A DNA stretch of 20,000 nt from Seison nebaliae (GCA_023231475.1 JALJEE010002634.1:51401-71400), one strand, 5' to 3'; positions 1 through 9,913 are shown, counted from the first letter of the stretch. The notes: generated by a model from the letters alone, not told the origin. Translations and numbers: made by a program.

Positions 1-130
1 GTTCCTGTATATTGAGTACCTCCACCTTGTGTTGGATGAGTGCTCTGTCCAGGTGTTTGTTGGGTGCCAGTGCCAGGAGTTCCTGTGTATTGAGTTCCTT
101 CACCTTGAGTTGGATATGTGCTTTGTCCAG
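1..130 (-). repeat. 78-bp (26-aa) coding tandem repeat, GQSTYPTQGEGTQYTGTPGTGTQQTP
   Basis: Positions 1-52 (gttcctgtatattgagtacctccaccttgtgttggatgagtgctctgtccag) recur at 79-130 with a few substitutions. Looser GTQ motifs continue to about 420. Confidence 0.85.
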
Positions 131-1070
131 TAGTTTTTTGCGTACTTGGAACATCAGTATGACGAGCACTTCCACTCCCCGCGGGTTGAGTGGTTTTACC
201 GCGAGTCTTGCTTCCTGTTGGTTGTGTTCCTGTCCCTTCAGTAGACTGGCTGTTTTCATCTCCAGGAGGTTGAAGTCCCCAACCTCCAGTAAGTAAGTTA
301 CTTCTTTCAGAAGTATGTTCAGTTGTTTTACGTTCTGTGTATTGGGTTCCCCCTTCTCCTGTTGGTTGTGTACCACCACCTGGAGTACCTTGAGTACCAG
401 TAGCGCCAGTTCGTTGAGCAGTTCCATATCCTGATTCTTTAGTTTGTTCATTATAACTGGGTTGAGTTTGTTCTTTTGTACTCTGTTCTTTACTCCCACC
501 GTCACTACTTCCACCAGAACTTCCACTACTTCGACTATTCTTAATGATCTATTTAAGAATAATAGATAATTCTTTCTTTGTTGAAAAAAAAATAACTCGA
601 TAAATTAGAAATGTAATTCCCAATCCTGCGGCACCTAACATTCCATAATAGATCCAACTCTTTGTTTTCGGGGCAAGATGATGTTTAATACAAACATCAG
701 AAAAGTCTTTTAAATACTTTATCGAAATATTAAATTTTTAGTTAAACAATTTAAATAAAACTTCTTTTTCATCTTTTATTTTTTCCAAATAAACAGTTTC
801 CGATCTGGGTAGATTAAATATTCTTTTAATTTCGTTCACCACATCACTAACGGATTCGAAAGATACTTCTTTTATTTCCAGATTCTCTTGACCATCCACT
901 ATGCGATTACCGGATTGAGTTAGTTTAGACAAATTTTCTTCGAACAAAGGAGACGCTTTATCAGGACACACTTCTCCAAAACATTCTTCGTTGTTAGCTG
1001 CATATGCAGCTACCGTATTCTTTAGATCAACTTTCTTACCATCTTTCTTGTCGAATATGAAACCCCACAT
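1..1070 (-). CDS. Uncharacterised single-pass membrane protein with a Gly/Thr/Gln/Pro-rich repetitive (mucin-like) region; 3' end lies beyond the left edge of the window
   Basis: Inferred exons 1070-762, 716-597 and 548-<1, joined by GT-AG introns 717-761 (45 nt) and 549-596 (48 nt), both phase 0. The join reads ...EKE-YLKDFSDVCIKHHLAPKTKS-WIYYGMLGAAGLGITFLIY-R-IIKNSRSSGSSGG...GTQYTGTPGTGTQQTPGQSTHPTQGGGTQYTG and stays open to the edge. The start is uncertain because a TTCGCAG acceptor sits 9 nt upstream of the ATG. Confidence 0.7.
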
Positions 1071-1307
1071 ACTTCGATACTGCGAATTATTTTAAAAGAT
1101 AAAAATAATTATTATTCAGAATTTTAATTCTCAATTACAACAAAAACATTTATCCAAGAAAAAAAATATAAATCTAGAAACAAAATGAAACAGCAGATTG
1201 AAAATAAAAAACCGAAAAAGAAAGTTACAATTTATAGAATGAATAAGTTGTAGCTGATAAATTTGTTTGTTACATTTTCGTTAAAAATGAGTTTAGTTGT
1301 CCCGCTT

Positions 1308-2545
1308 TCAATTTTTCTTCGAACTTTCTTCTTCCGTTGGTGCGTTACCCAAATGAAATAAGTTAAACTTCTTCAATCTATTTATTGTCTATTAAAACGA
1401 AATTGAACAGAAATTGAAAAAAAAAAAGCAACTTCTTCTCTTTTATTATACAACCACACCAAAGCAACACTTCCAATAAACCACCAAATTCCATAAAAAA
1501 GATGGTCGTTTCCCAAACGCTGTTCTTGTTTCACATTAGTTGTATCTGACAATTCGTTTGTCCATGTGGTTGGAAATTCCTTTCAAAATATTTTCTCATT
1601 CTCTTATTATAAATATAAAACTAATAAACTGGCACAATTTCCTCCCGACCATTTACGACTTCATTATGTTCGAACATTTGATGGAAGCTCATATTCTCCA
1701 ATTTTCTCTTGATATATTCAATTTGTGTCATTTGTCTCTAACAAACAATTTTGACTTGATATAAAAAATAATAAAACTTTTGAAGAATCTAGCATTAATG
1801 ATTCACGTTCGTCATATTCATTAAATAATGATGTTTGAATCTTAGAAAAATAAGTTCCATCTGATGAATTAATATCACAATTATCGAATATCAATTGCGT
1901 GGGACTACCTAGAAACATTTCATCATCATCTCTTCTTGGAGTTTCAAATGGAGTTATCGAATCTAGGGGATTAGGTAACACTTTCATTGGTAACACTTTT
2001 TTATCTTCAATCTCTTCAACATATTGAGGGAAATAATTCGCTTCTCCTTCTACTGTCATTTGAGCATTATTTATAGTTAAACCAAGAGATGACCCTAAAA
2101 ATTCTAGAACTTCCTCTCCAATATCTATGAGATTGTATATCAAATTAGTTGGTAGATTACGTGTCAAAATATTTATGAAAATTGACTGACAAGTCTTCCG
2201 ATGAGTTTTCCATATATTTGAAAGTTTAAGTTTTGTTTCAAAAGTTTTTGTTTCTTTTAAATCTTCTTCACTCATAATTGCTCTTTCATATTTTATATTC
2301 TTCATTAAATCGATATGTTCATGACTCTTTTCTATTTGAGATATAGTTGCATAATTTGTTTTTTCAAGTTCCTGCTTGTACGATCTATTTATTAATATTT
2401 TTAACATTCTTAAATCATCCAAACGACGTCGACATTCTTTCATTCTACGGTACTTCTTAGTATTAACAATACTTCGTTTATTAATGATTCGTTTTGACCG
2501 TCTGACATGTGTTGTACTGTAATGTGGAGAAGTGATGATATCCAT
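1308..2545 (-). CDS. Uncharacterised 367-aa protein: basic N-terminus with a possible divergent bHLH, and a C-terminal transmembrane helix
   Basis: Inferred exons 2545-1778, 1737-1630, 1579-1433 and 1388-1308, with phase-0 introns of 40, 50 and 44 nt and no internal stops. An in-frame TAA lies just upstream of the ATG. The protein ends ...HLFYGIWWFIGSVALVWLYNKREE-TINRLKKFNLFHLGNAPTEEESSKKN*. Confidence 0.7.
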
Positions 2546-3056
2546 CAGAATTTAAGTGAAGCCAGATAAAGACGAAAGTTTTTGAAGAGAAAATGGAAAA
2601 AATGAAATTGGAAATAAAACTTTTTAAAGTCAAATAGAACGAAATAAGTAAAAGACAATTAGATGGCATTACATTACATGTAATGGAAGTATATGAACAA
2701 TTAAAGTTGTAAATTTAATAATATGACAAAAATGAAGGGAACTGAACATATGTGAGAAAATAGAATGAAATTAGATTAATAAAATAGGAAGATCAGAAAA
2801 TTTGAAGAATTTCTTAAATATTATAAATAAACAGACACATAAGCACTAAATGATATAATAGTCAGATATGAGGGTATATTTTGATGAATCAGGATAAACT
2901 CAATAAATCTTCTATCAAGTTCTAGTCCAATTAAACTATTTAACTACTAGTCGATGGGATCAGTAAGAAATTCATTCATCGTTCATTGGATTGATCAATT
3001 GTCAACAATTCATCAATCAACTTCTTCATAAAAGCTATATAGGAACATATTTTCGA

Positions 3057-3883
3057 TTAATTATCATAATTGAATATGATATAATTCTTCATATTTTCAT
3101 CGATCATCGAATCGAATCTTTTCTCAATTGAAAAGCCGACGAACAAGAACGTTCTAATTAACGATTGTCGATTCCTGTCATTCTTATCCAAGAACAAATA
3201 TAATTTCTTTTGTTCCTTTTCAGCATAATTCAATAATTTGACGAAACTAAAAAAGAAAATTTTGAAAAATTTCAAATTTAATATGAAACCTTGTTCGAGA
3301 ACCATGAAGTGAAAAATCGATTGGAATCGGAACGAATATTTCTTCATTATTTACCAGTAATTCCCAATAAGCAATTAGATCATTCTTCAAATCGACTTGC
3401 AATTCGATATGTTCCAATTGTTGATTCTGATGAAGTTGCTTCTTTAACTCCACAATTTTATCATTCCAATCTTTCAATACATTCCGATCATATAATGAAT
3501 CATCAGAATGACATGATTCTTCCGATGAACTAGACAATGAAATTCCATCTCCAACACTATCTGGTAGATCAGTTCGACTTGGACGACTAAACTTTAATTG
3601 GAAACTTCCATCAACAGATTTTTGCGCCTGATTCAATTCCCCCACGCTGCCGTCATTTGCGCTTTGCCCATTAATTGGCACAAGTTTATCGGCAGCGTGG
3701 GCAACATCAGGAACAAGACGGGTCTTCGGTAGCCATCAACGTTGTCTCCAATTGGGAAAAAGTCAAATTACTTAAATGAAAAATTAACAATTAGAGAAAT
3801 TTAATAAAATTTTGAAACTGTTTTGAAATATTCGTCTTTTTACTAAACATACTTTTCAAACGGTTTCTGTTCTTCACCAACAT
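3057..3883 (-). CDS. OAZ: Ornithine decarboxylase antizyme (ORF1 42 aa + ORF2 202 aa, about 244 aa via +1 frameshift)
   Basis: Exons 3883-3819, 3770-3290 and 3246-3057; introns 3771-3818 and 3247-3289. ORF1 MLVKNRNRLKSMF...EDPSCS ends in TCC TGA (stop 3709-3707). The +1 frame continues DVAHAADK... to GSRTSFVKLLNYAE...LYLFLDKNDRNRQSLIRTFLFVGF, matching the antizyme C-terminal signature (GSK..F..LLE.AE...F.K.R.DR..L.RTF.F.GF). Confidence 0.95.
3622..3701 (-). promoter_or_regulatory. 3' frameshift-stimulatory RNA structure (12-bp stem, possible pseudoknot)
   Basis: CCCACGCTGCCG (3701-3690) is the exact reverse complement of CGGCAGCGTGGG (3652-3641). It begins 5 nt after the UGA and encloses a 37-nt loop. 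Loop UUGUGCC (3683-3677) can pair with downstream GGCGCAA (3628-3622). Confidence 0.8.
3706..3715 (-). promoter_or_regulatory. Programmed +1 ribosomal frameshift site UGU-UCC-UGA-U
   Basis: The minus strand reads TGT TCC TGA T, the conserved metazoan antizyme shift site. The ORF2 frame has stops shortly upstream and no AUG before the antizyme domain. Confidence 0.95.
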
Positions 3884-3916
3884 TCTCCGAACCTCTTTCT
3901 TTTCGTAAAAATTATT

Positions 3917-3959
3917 CTGATAGATAGAAAGAACACTTCAAACGATAAATATTGCTTAC
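3917..3959 (-). other. Probable 43-nt 5'-UTR intron of the antizyme gene
   Basis: GTAAGC...CTATCAG on the minus strand, of the same size class as the other introns, ending 33 nt before the ATG. Confidence 0.45.
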
Positions 3960-4986
3960 TGATTATGTAACTGATGTTGGAAGGAAGGAGGAAATGGAAT
4001 AAAAATGAAAGTGAAAATTAATTTCTATTCACTTATTAGGAAGGGAAAGGCAGAATAGTTAAACGAGGAATAAACAGCGGTGACGCCCAATATATTTATT
4101 TACTTTCTACTTCCAGAAAGTTCATTTCTTATCCATCATATCACTTCAACTAATTATTTAATATATGTCCAATATCTTCTCTATCATACATGTGCAATCA
4201 GTTATAAAGATTGATTCACACATAAGATTATCCGCATTATTTTCTTCCCAATTTGGTTCCATAAGGAAAATATAAGAATTTATTGGAAGAAGGATGGATA
4301 ATGAATAACATTCTCGATTGTTTCCCATTAAATCCTTATCGTTATATATACACACACAAACACACACAAATGAATAAAAATAATTTATTATATTAAAAGA
4401 ATATAACAATTATTGATAATGTTGAACTGAGAAATCTACTCTGCAGTAATAACAACTCTGAAATTATCATATTATATATAACTCATACAATTCATATACA
4501 TACTCCACCAAATTCACAATGGAGACACGTCAAATATTTTTTGTCTTGGAAAGTAGAAATTGAAGAAAGAGACTATTCTTCTTCTTTACTTCGACTATTA
4601 TATTATAGAGTCTATCAAAGAGGATTAAAAAATATGTTAGAAAAAATAATATTTATAGACCATAAACAATCATCTTACGACCCGCGATGTACATTCATCG
4701 AAAATAAAAATTGGAAAATTTATTTTCCTCATCAATCCAATTCTTATAAAACAACATATATTTGGAATTGACTAATTTCAATTTTAAGCTTTTCCCCTAT
4801 TTACGTAACACAATTTCCAATCAACACATCAACCATTACATCATTATGCTAATAAGAAGTTGTTAAATCACACGATATCCTAATGTTGTTAGAGAGAGAA
4901 AGAGAGAGATAGTTTTATTCAAGAATTATCAAAAATTAATTTCATGAGACGAAAAATAGGAAAAAATTTTAAAGAAATACATAAGC

Positions 4987-5044
4987 GAATTGTCCATTTT
5001 ATGAAGTGGGAATTGTCCATTTTATGAAGTGGGAATTGTCCATT
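4987..5044. repeat. 23-bp tandem repeat, about 2.5 identical copies, at the AHA1 stop codon and 3' UTR
   Basis: gaattgtccattttatgaagtgg at 4987-5009 and 5010-5032, plus gaattgtccatt at 5033-5044. Confidence 0.95.
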
Positions 5045-6396
5045 ACATTCCATAGCCAACTGTATTACCAGTTAATGATTTGATTCGGTTGAAATAATAC
5101 GATCTCCAGCCATCCTGAGTATTCGTACGGAATGCACACGGTACACCACTTTGAGTCAATTTGATGGTAGTTCCGGTGTTATCTTGAATGAATTGAATAT
5201 CCACTACCGAATAATGATCCGATGGCCATGTTTTATTTCTCCATTTTTGTCTGATACTATCTTCTGGCGTCTACAAACAGAAATATTGTCATGAGAATAA
5301 TCATTTAGAAAATGAGTGAACTATATCAATGAACGTGCCGTGTACATTTCCATCAAATATTTCAAATTTTCCATTTTCTTTCGCTTCACATTTTGCATTA
5401 TCTCCTGTATATCGTCGTATCATCTTTCATTGTTTTAAATCATAATATAATTGTAAATATGGTTTAATAATTAATTTAAAATTGAATTTAAGAATCTTCT
5501 AACTGCTTCATCAACAAACAATTTGAATAAGAATTCTTTTCCAGTTCCTTCGAATTTTTCTTCTAATTCAATTTTACACACGGAAACATTGTTAACGATT
5601 GGTCGTTGTTCATTGGCATAATTCTCAAATTTTTTTCTAATTGTTTCATTCTCTCCCTTTTTCACTTCTTCACTCTCGGTTGGCAAAATGAGTCCATTGG
5701 AATATTCTGAAATGATTTTCATACTTTCAATTCTCAAATATTTCCTCCCAACTTGTCACTAAATCGTCACGATATTGTTTGAAAATGTTCTGTAATTTCA
5801 TCTTGACTTCTTCCTCTAAAAATTTCTTTAAAAATGGATCCTTCCCACCAGTTTCTACATCGAATTCTATTTCCACTTTGGAAAGGTCATATTCTAGATC
5901 GCGTATTTCGATGTTACCCTCAATCGTCTGATTTTTTATAATATTTTTTCCTGAATGAGAATTGAAATTAAGAAGAAAATAATGGAATGAAAAGAAGAAA
6001 CCTTTCCATTTCAATTTCAGCCCATAATCAACCACATAAAACAATTTTCCTTTACGATTATAAATGTGGGCGAATCCTTCATAAACGATATCATCTTTTA
6101 ATTTGAATTGATCTGCGAAAACAATCCAAATTGTTGTTGTTCATATAATGTTATAATTGAGAATACTAACAAATATTTGAATTGAAATCAGTTTCTTTAA
6201 AGAAAGTGCTCAATTTATTTTGAGACCAGAGCGTTGCATCTTTTTCTTTCCTTCAATAATTTCAAATGAAAAACATATCAATTGATGATGGAGGGAGAGA
6301 AAGAAAACGGTACCAATGCCAATTCTTTACGTTCGTCGTATCGGGACGATTTGGATCGACAATCCATCTTGGATCTCCTTTCCCTACTTCAGCCAT
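5043..6396 (-). CDS. AHSA1: Activator of Hsp90 ATPase homolog 1 (Aha1), about 334 aa, 7 exons
   Basis: Exons 6396-6314, 6250-6171, 6112-6002, 5950-5753, 5706-5504, 5423-5322 and 5270-5043 total 1005 nt in one frame. Motifs seen: GKGDPRWIV, NVKNWHW (NxNNWHW), NRKGK (RKxK), GLILPT, FDGNVHG, KWRNKTWP, GWRSYYF. Confidence 0.95.
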
Positions 6397-6500
6397 TATA
6401 TTTCTCAAAGAGTAATAAGATATAGAAAAATGAAATAAATTCAGAAGAATTATTTTTTTATAAAGAAATGAATATTTCAATATAAATAAGATGCTAAATT

Positions 6501-6513
6501 TTCTCGAAAATTC
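6501..6513. promoter_or_regulatory. Heat shock element (three inverted nGAAn units) upstream of AHA1
   Basis: TTCtcGAAaaTTC is a perfect TTCnnGAAnnTTC about 105 bp upstream of the AHA1 ATG. A TATTTATA TATA-like element (6488-6481, minus strand) lies between them. Confidence 0.65.
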
Positions 6514-7330
6514 TATAAAGCTTCAAAGTTATAATACAGAAATTATAGAAGAATTAGAGATTTTATTATATTATGTTATTTAGGAAAAATAATTAAATGA
6601 GAAAAGTTTGATCTTCATATATGCAATTGTTCGTTCATTTAACCGTGTCAATTATTTCTATAAGGTGAAAAATAAAGATGAAATTTATTTTATTTGAAAA
6701 TTTGAATTGAATGAAAAATTTACTCGAAATTTAAAAAAAAAGGTGTATGTTTTTTAGAATAATAATAATTATTACAAGAGATGAAGAGAAGATGATGATG
6801 TGTGATGAAAGAGTTCTGTAGAATATGTTTGATATAATAGTTAGTGTATGAGTGGTGAGGGTGGTGGATTCTGGAAATTAGCCAGAAACATTTTTATGAT
6901 GAACATCTGAGTATGTGAAATGGACATGAATTTTAGTTTCAATTCAATTAAAATTTCCAGAGTAAAGAACGGGCAAAAAAGAAATAATTTTCTTGAGGAG
7001 AGAATGATGTATTGTAAATAAAATTAATGTAAATTGAGGTAATAATCGGCAAAAAAAGAGAGGAAATATTTTTGGAACATTCTTCTTGAAAATTTTCATA
7101 GGTTCATTAAAATTTTAAAAACGATCCTTCTAATTCAATTTCTTCTTTCCAATTCTGTAAATTTCAAATTTATATTAATTTTGAAGAATCGTTCGCGATC
7201 CGACGATTAATAAGGAAATATATCAGAAAATGATGACCAAATGAAGGAGAGAATTGAGTGAAAAGAAGTCGTTGAATTAGAATTAATTTTTTTATGTTTA
7301 AATTTAATTAAATTTCTTCAGTTGAACCTG

Positions 7331-9538
7331 TTATTTGTAAACTGGTGCACGAATATTCTTCTTCAAAATATTCACTGTATTCAACGGCATATTATTCATA
7401 TTCCTCAATAAATTTAAACTATTCAAATTATTATTGTTGTGATTATTGTTAACAATTTGTTGTTGTTGTTGTTGTTGATGGAGATTAAGATTATGAATAT
7501 TATTGTTGGTGTTGTTGTTATCGAGAATTGGTTTATTATTCAAATGATTTCGTGATTTTCCATTAAGATGATTCAGATGAAGATTAAATTCATTTTGAGA
7601 GAAATTAGTTGTAGACGATGTAGCTTGTTGATGATTGACTATGTCAATATTATTCTTATCCATATTATATTGTGTCTTATTCAATAGATTAACTAATGGA
7701 CTATTCAACGAAGACGATGGTAAATTTCTTTTATTATTATTATTATTATTATTATTTATCGATTGACAAACATTATTATTATTATTATTATTGTTATTAT
7801 TCTGTAATAATTGATTGTTATTGTTGTTGTTGTTGTTGTTGTTATTGTTGTGTAACAATTTAGTAGATGATAAAATATTTTTAACATTATTATCATTTTC
7901 ATTCCAATTTGAATTAAAATTTATTTTTTCCTGCTTCTCCTCATTATTATTCTTCTTTTTCTTTCCACGAGACTTCACTTCCGATTTACTTCTCTTCAAA
8001 TTCTGTTTCGTTTTCTCTTCAGCACCGTCAGTCTCATTCGTTCCATCGCCCTTTTCTGTTCCATTAAACGAATCACATTTCTTCGGATATTTGCCGAATT
8101 GTGGAACGTAAACATATTCATTTCTATAAATTCTAAATAATCGTTAAGTAAAATTGTGAAAATCTCTTGATTGAAAGTTCTAACTTCTTCGAATGAGAGA
8201 CTAATCCATTATATCGTCGAAAATTTTGAAATTTATTATTAAGGCACTTCTCAACTAGATCCACACTTTTCAATTGTGGATACTTTTTGACGGCCAATGC
8301 TGAAATATGCTTTAAATGTTGTGTCGAAGGAAATCTGTCGAGTGGAATAAGTTCGAAGAAATATTCATTAATGAAATTACTAAACAATCGATATTTCAAT
8401 ATCGCGTTAAATAGAATAGTTATGGCCGAATGGAAAGAATCTTTCGTTAATGGCAAATCATATAAGAATGATTGTTTAATAATTGGATTATTAATTTCGG
8501 GTAAAGGAAATGGTGAAGGAAATGGTTGTTCATTATATTTCTTTATCCAATTTAACCTGTTTTACAAATGAACAAAAATTTATTATGGTAAAAGAAAAGA
8601 CGTAACATTTCTTTCAATTTTGCAGAATCGAAATTAATGTGCAATTGACTTGGGAACATTTCATTCTTATTGAAATTATTCGATTTCTTCGAATTAGATT
8701 TGATGTCCTTCTCATTCAAACTCATCGAATTAGTTGGCAATACTCGTTCCTCATCACCTTGTACCAATGTTGATGTATTGAATGCAGCATTGAATAATAG
8801 TTTGGATGAAGCTTTCTTCGTTTTCGTACGTTTTATTGCCGTAGCAGTTGTTGTTGATGATATGGAGGAGGGATTATTTAAAGAATCATTAATCGAGGGT
8901 GGACTACATAATTCGTCCTTAATATTCAATGGAGAGAAATTGGATGAATGATCGTCGATTTGTTGCTTTGGATCATTGAACGTCTTCGTTGTATCAGATG
9001 AACAACTTTCCGAGTTGCTGTTAAGTCGACTAGACTTGAAATTGTCAACATGATTTCCATAGTTCGTACCAACATCGGTAGATGAACATCCGCTGTCTTT
9101 CGAATGAGGTGAACTTGATGTTGGAGAACTGTTGGAGGAAGAGGATGAATGACTTGGTAACGAATGATGTGATCTCTTCTGAGGATTACTACGTCCCAAT
9201 GGAGATAAAGATCGCTCCAATTGTTGCTGTTGTTGTTGTTGCAAATTATTCAATTGTTTATTGTTCGCAACATTACTCATTGGTTGAGTATCATTATTAT
9301 AAGGAATAAATTTATTGTTGTTGTTATTGTCTGATTTTCCATCTCTCATTTTCCGATTTGCAGTAAGACTATTTAATTGTCTTGGTTGATGTAGTTCATC
9401 ATAAACTATAAATTTATCATTAAAATTTTCATTAGATAACTTCTCTTTCATGGAAATGGCCGATGCTGAAAAGTTGCCAAGTTTATTGTTATTATTCTTT
9501 TGAGTCATATTATTATTACCATTCTTACGTTTATCACA

Positions 9539-9573
<35 letters not shown>

Positions 9574-9913
9574 AAGATGACTGATTGTCAATCCTATTGT
9601 CACTATTACTCCTATTATCCAACAATGAATTGTCATAGTCGGGGAATTGTGAACTCATCGGATTCCATTTTCCATTAACGCAACTTCGATTTTCATTAAG
9701 CGTCGAAGAAAATTCGTGAGGCGACATTGACATATCGAAGTTCTCGTTACCAAAAATGTCATTTTGACTTGATAACAAATTCTCTCCGAAATCGTTGAAT
9801 TGATTAGCGTTAAAGGACGAACCACCAAATTCATTATAGAGAAATGGCGATCCTGTTTCGTAATCATCAACCTTGTTCTCGAAATCTTGATTGAAGCAAC
9901 TGTTATTGAACAT
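7331..9913 (-). CDS. About 806-aa low-complexity (poly-Asn/Gln/Ser) protein with a compact SAMD3-like helical domain; possible nuclear regulator
   Basis: Inferred exons 9913-8607, 8556-8386, 8334-8185 and 8123-7331 (2421 nt in frame), with introns of 50, 51 and 61 nt. The globular part is PFPSPFPLPE...AILKYRLFPSTQHLKHISALAVKKYPQLKSVDLVEKCLNNKFQNFRR, followed by a basic NLS-like KSRGKKKK. The SAMD3-like assignment is from remembered motif similarity only. Confidence 0.7.
7731..7851. repeat. Coding (AAT)n/(AAC)n microsatellites encoding poly-Asn
   Basis: Runs of tta/ttg triplets on the plus strand. Similar tracts occur at 9540-9572 (poly-N) and at 7456-7477 and 9220-9242 (poly-Q). Confidence 0.9.

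Noticed and set aside
12..296. Plus-strand 94-aa ORF, and a second open minus-strand frame over the GTQ repeat
   Set aside because: These are shadows of a low-complexity coding repeat. The GTQ frame is continuous through the G5 run at 349-353, so no frameshift is needed.
3707..3709. UGA as selenocysteine or readthrough codon, or a pseudogene lesion
   Set aside because: The 0 frame stops again five codons later (TGT TGC CCA CGC TGC CGA TAA), while the +1 frame holds the intact antizyme domain at the canonical shift site.
4158..4771. ORFs 4158-4409 (-) and 4541-4771 (+) between antizyme and AHA1
   Set aside because: They have non-ATG starts, UTR-like composition including a CA repeat, and no homology cues.
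7815..9678. Plus-strand poly-Leu, poly-Tyr and poly-Val ORFs
   Set aside because: They are antisense translations of the poly-Asn/Gln microsatellites.
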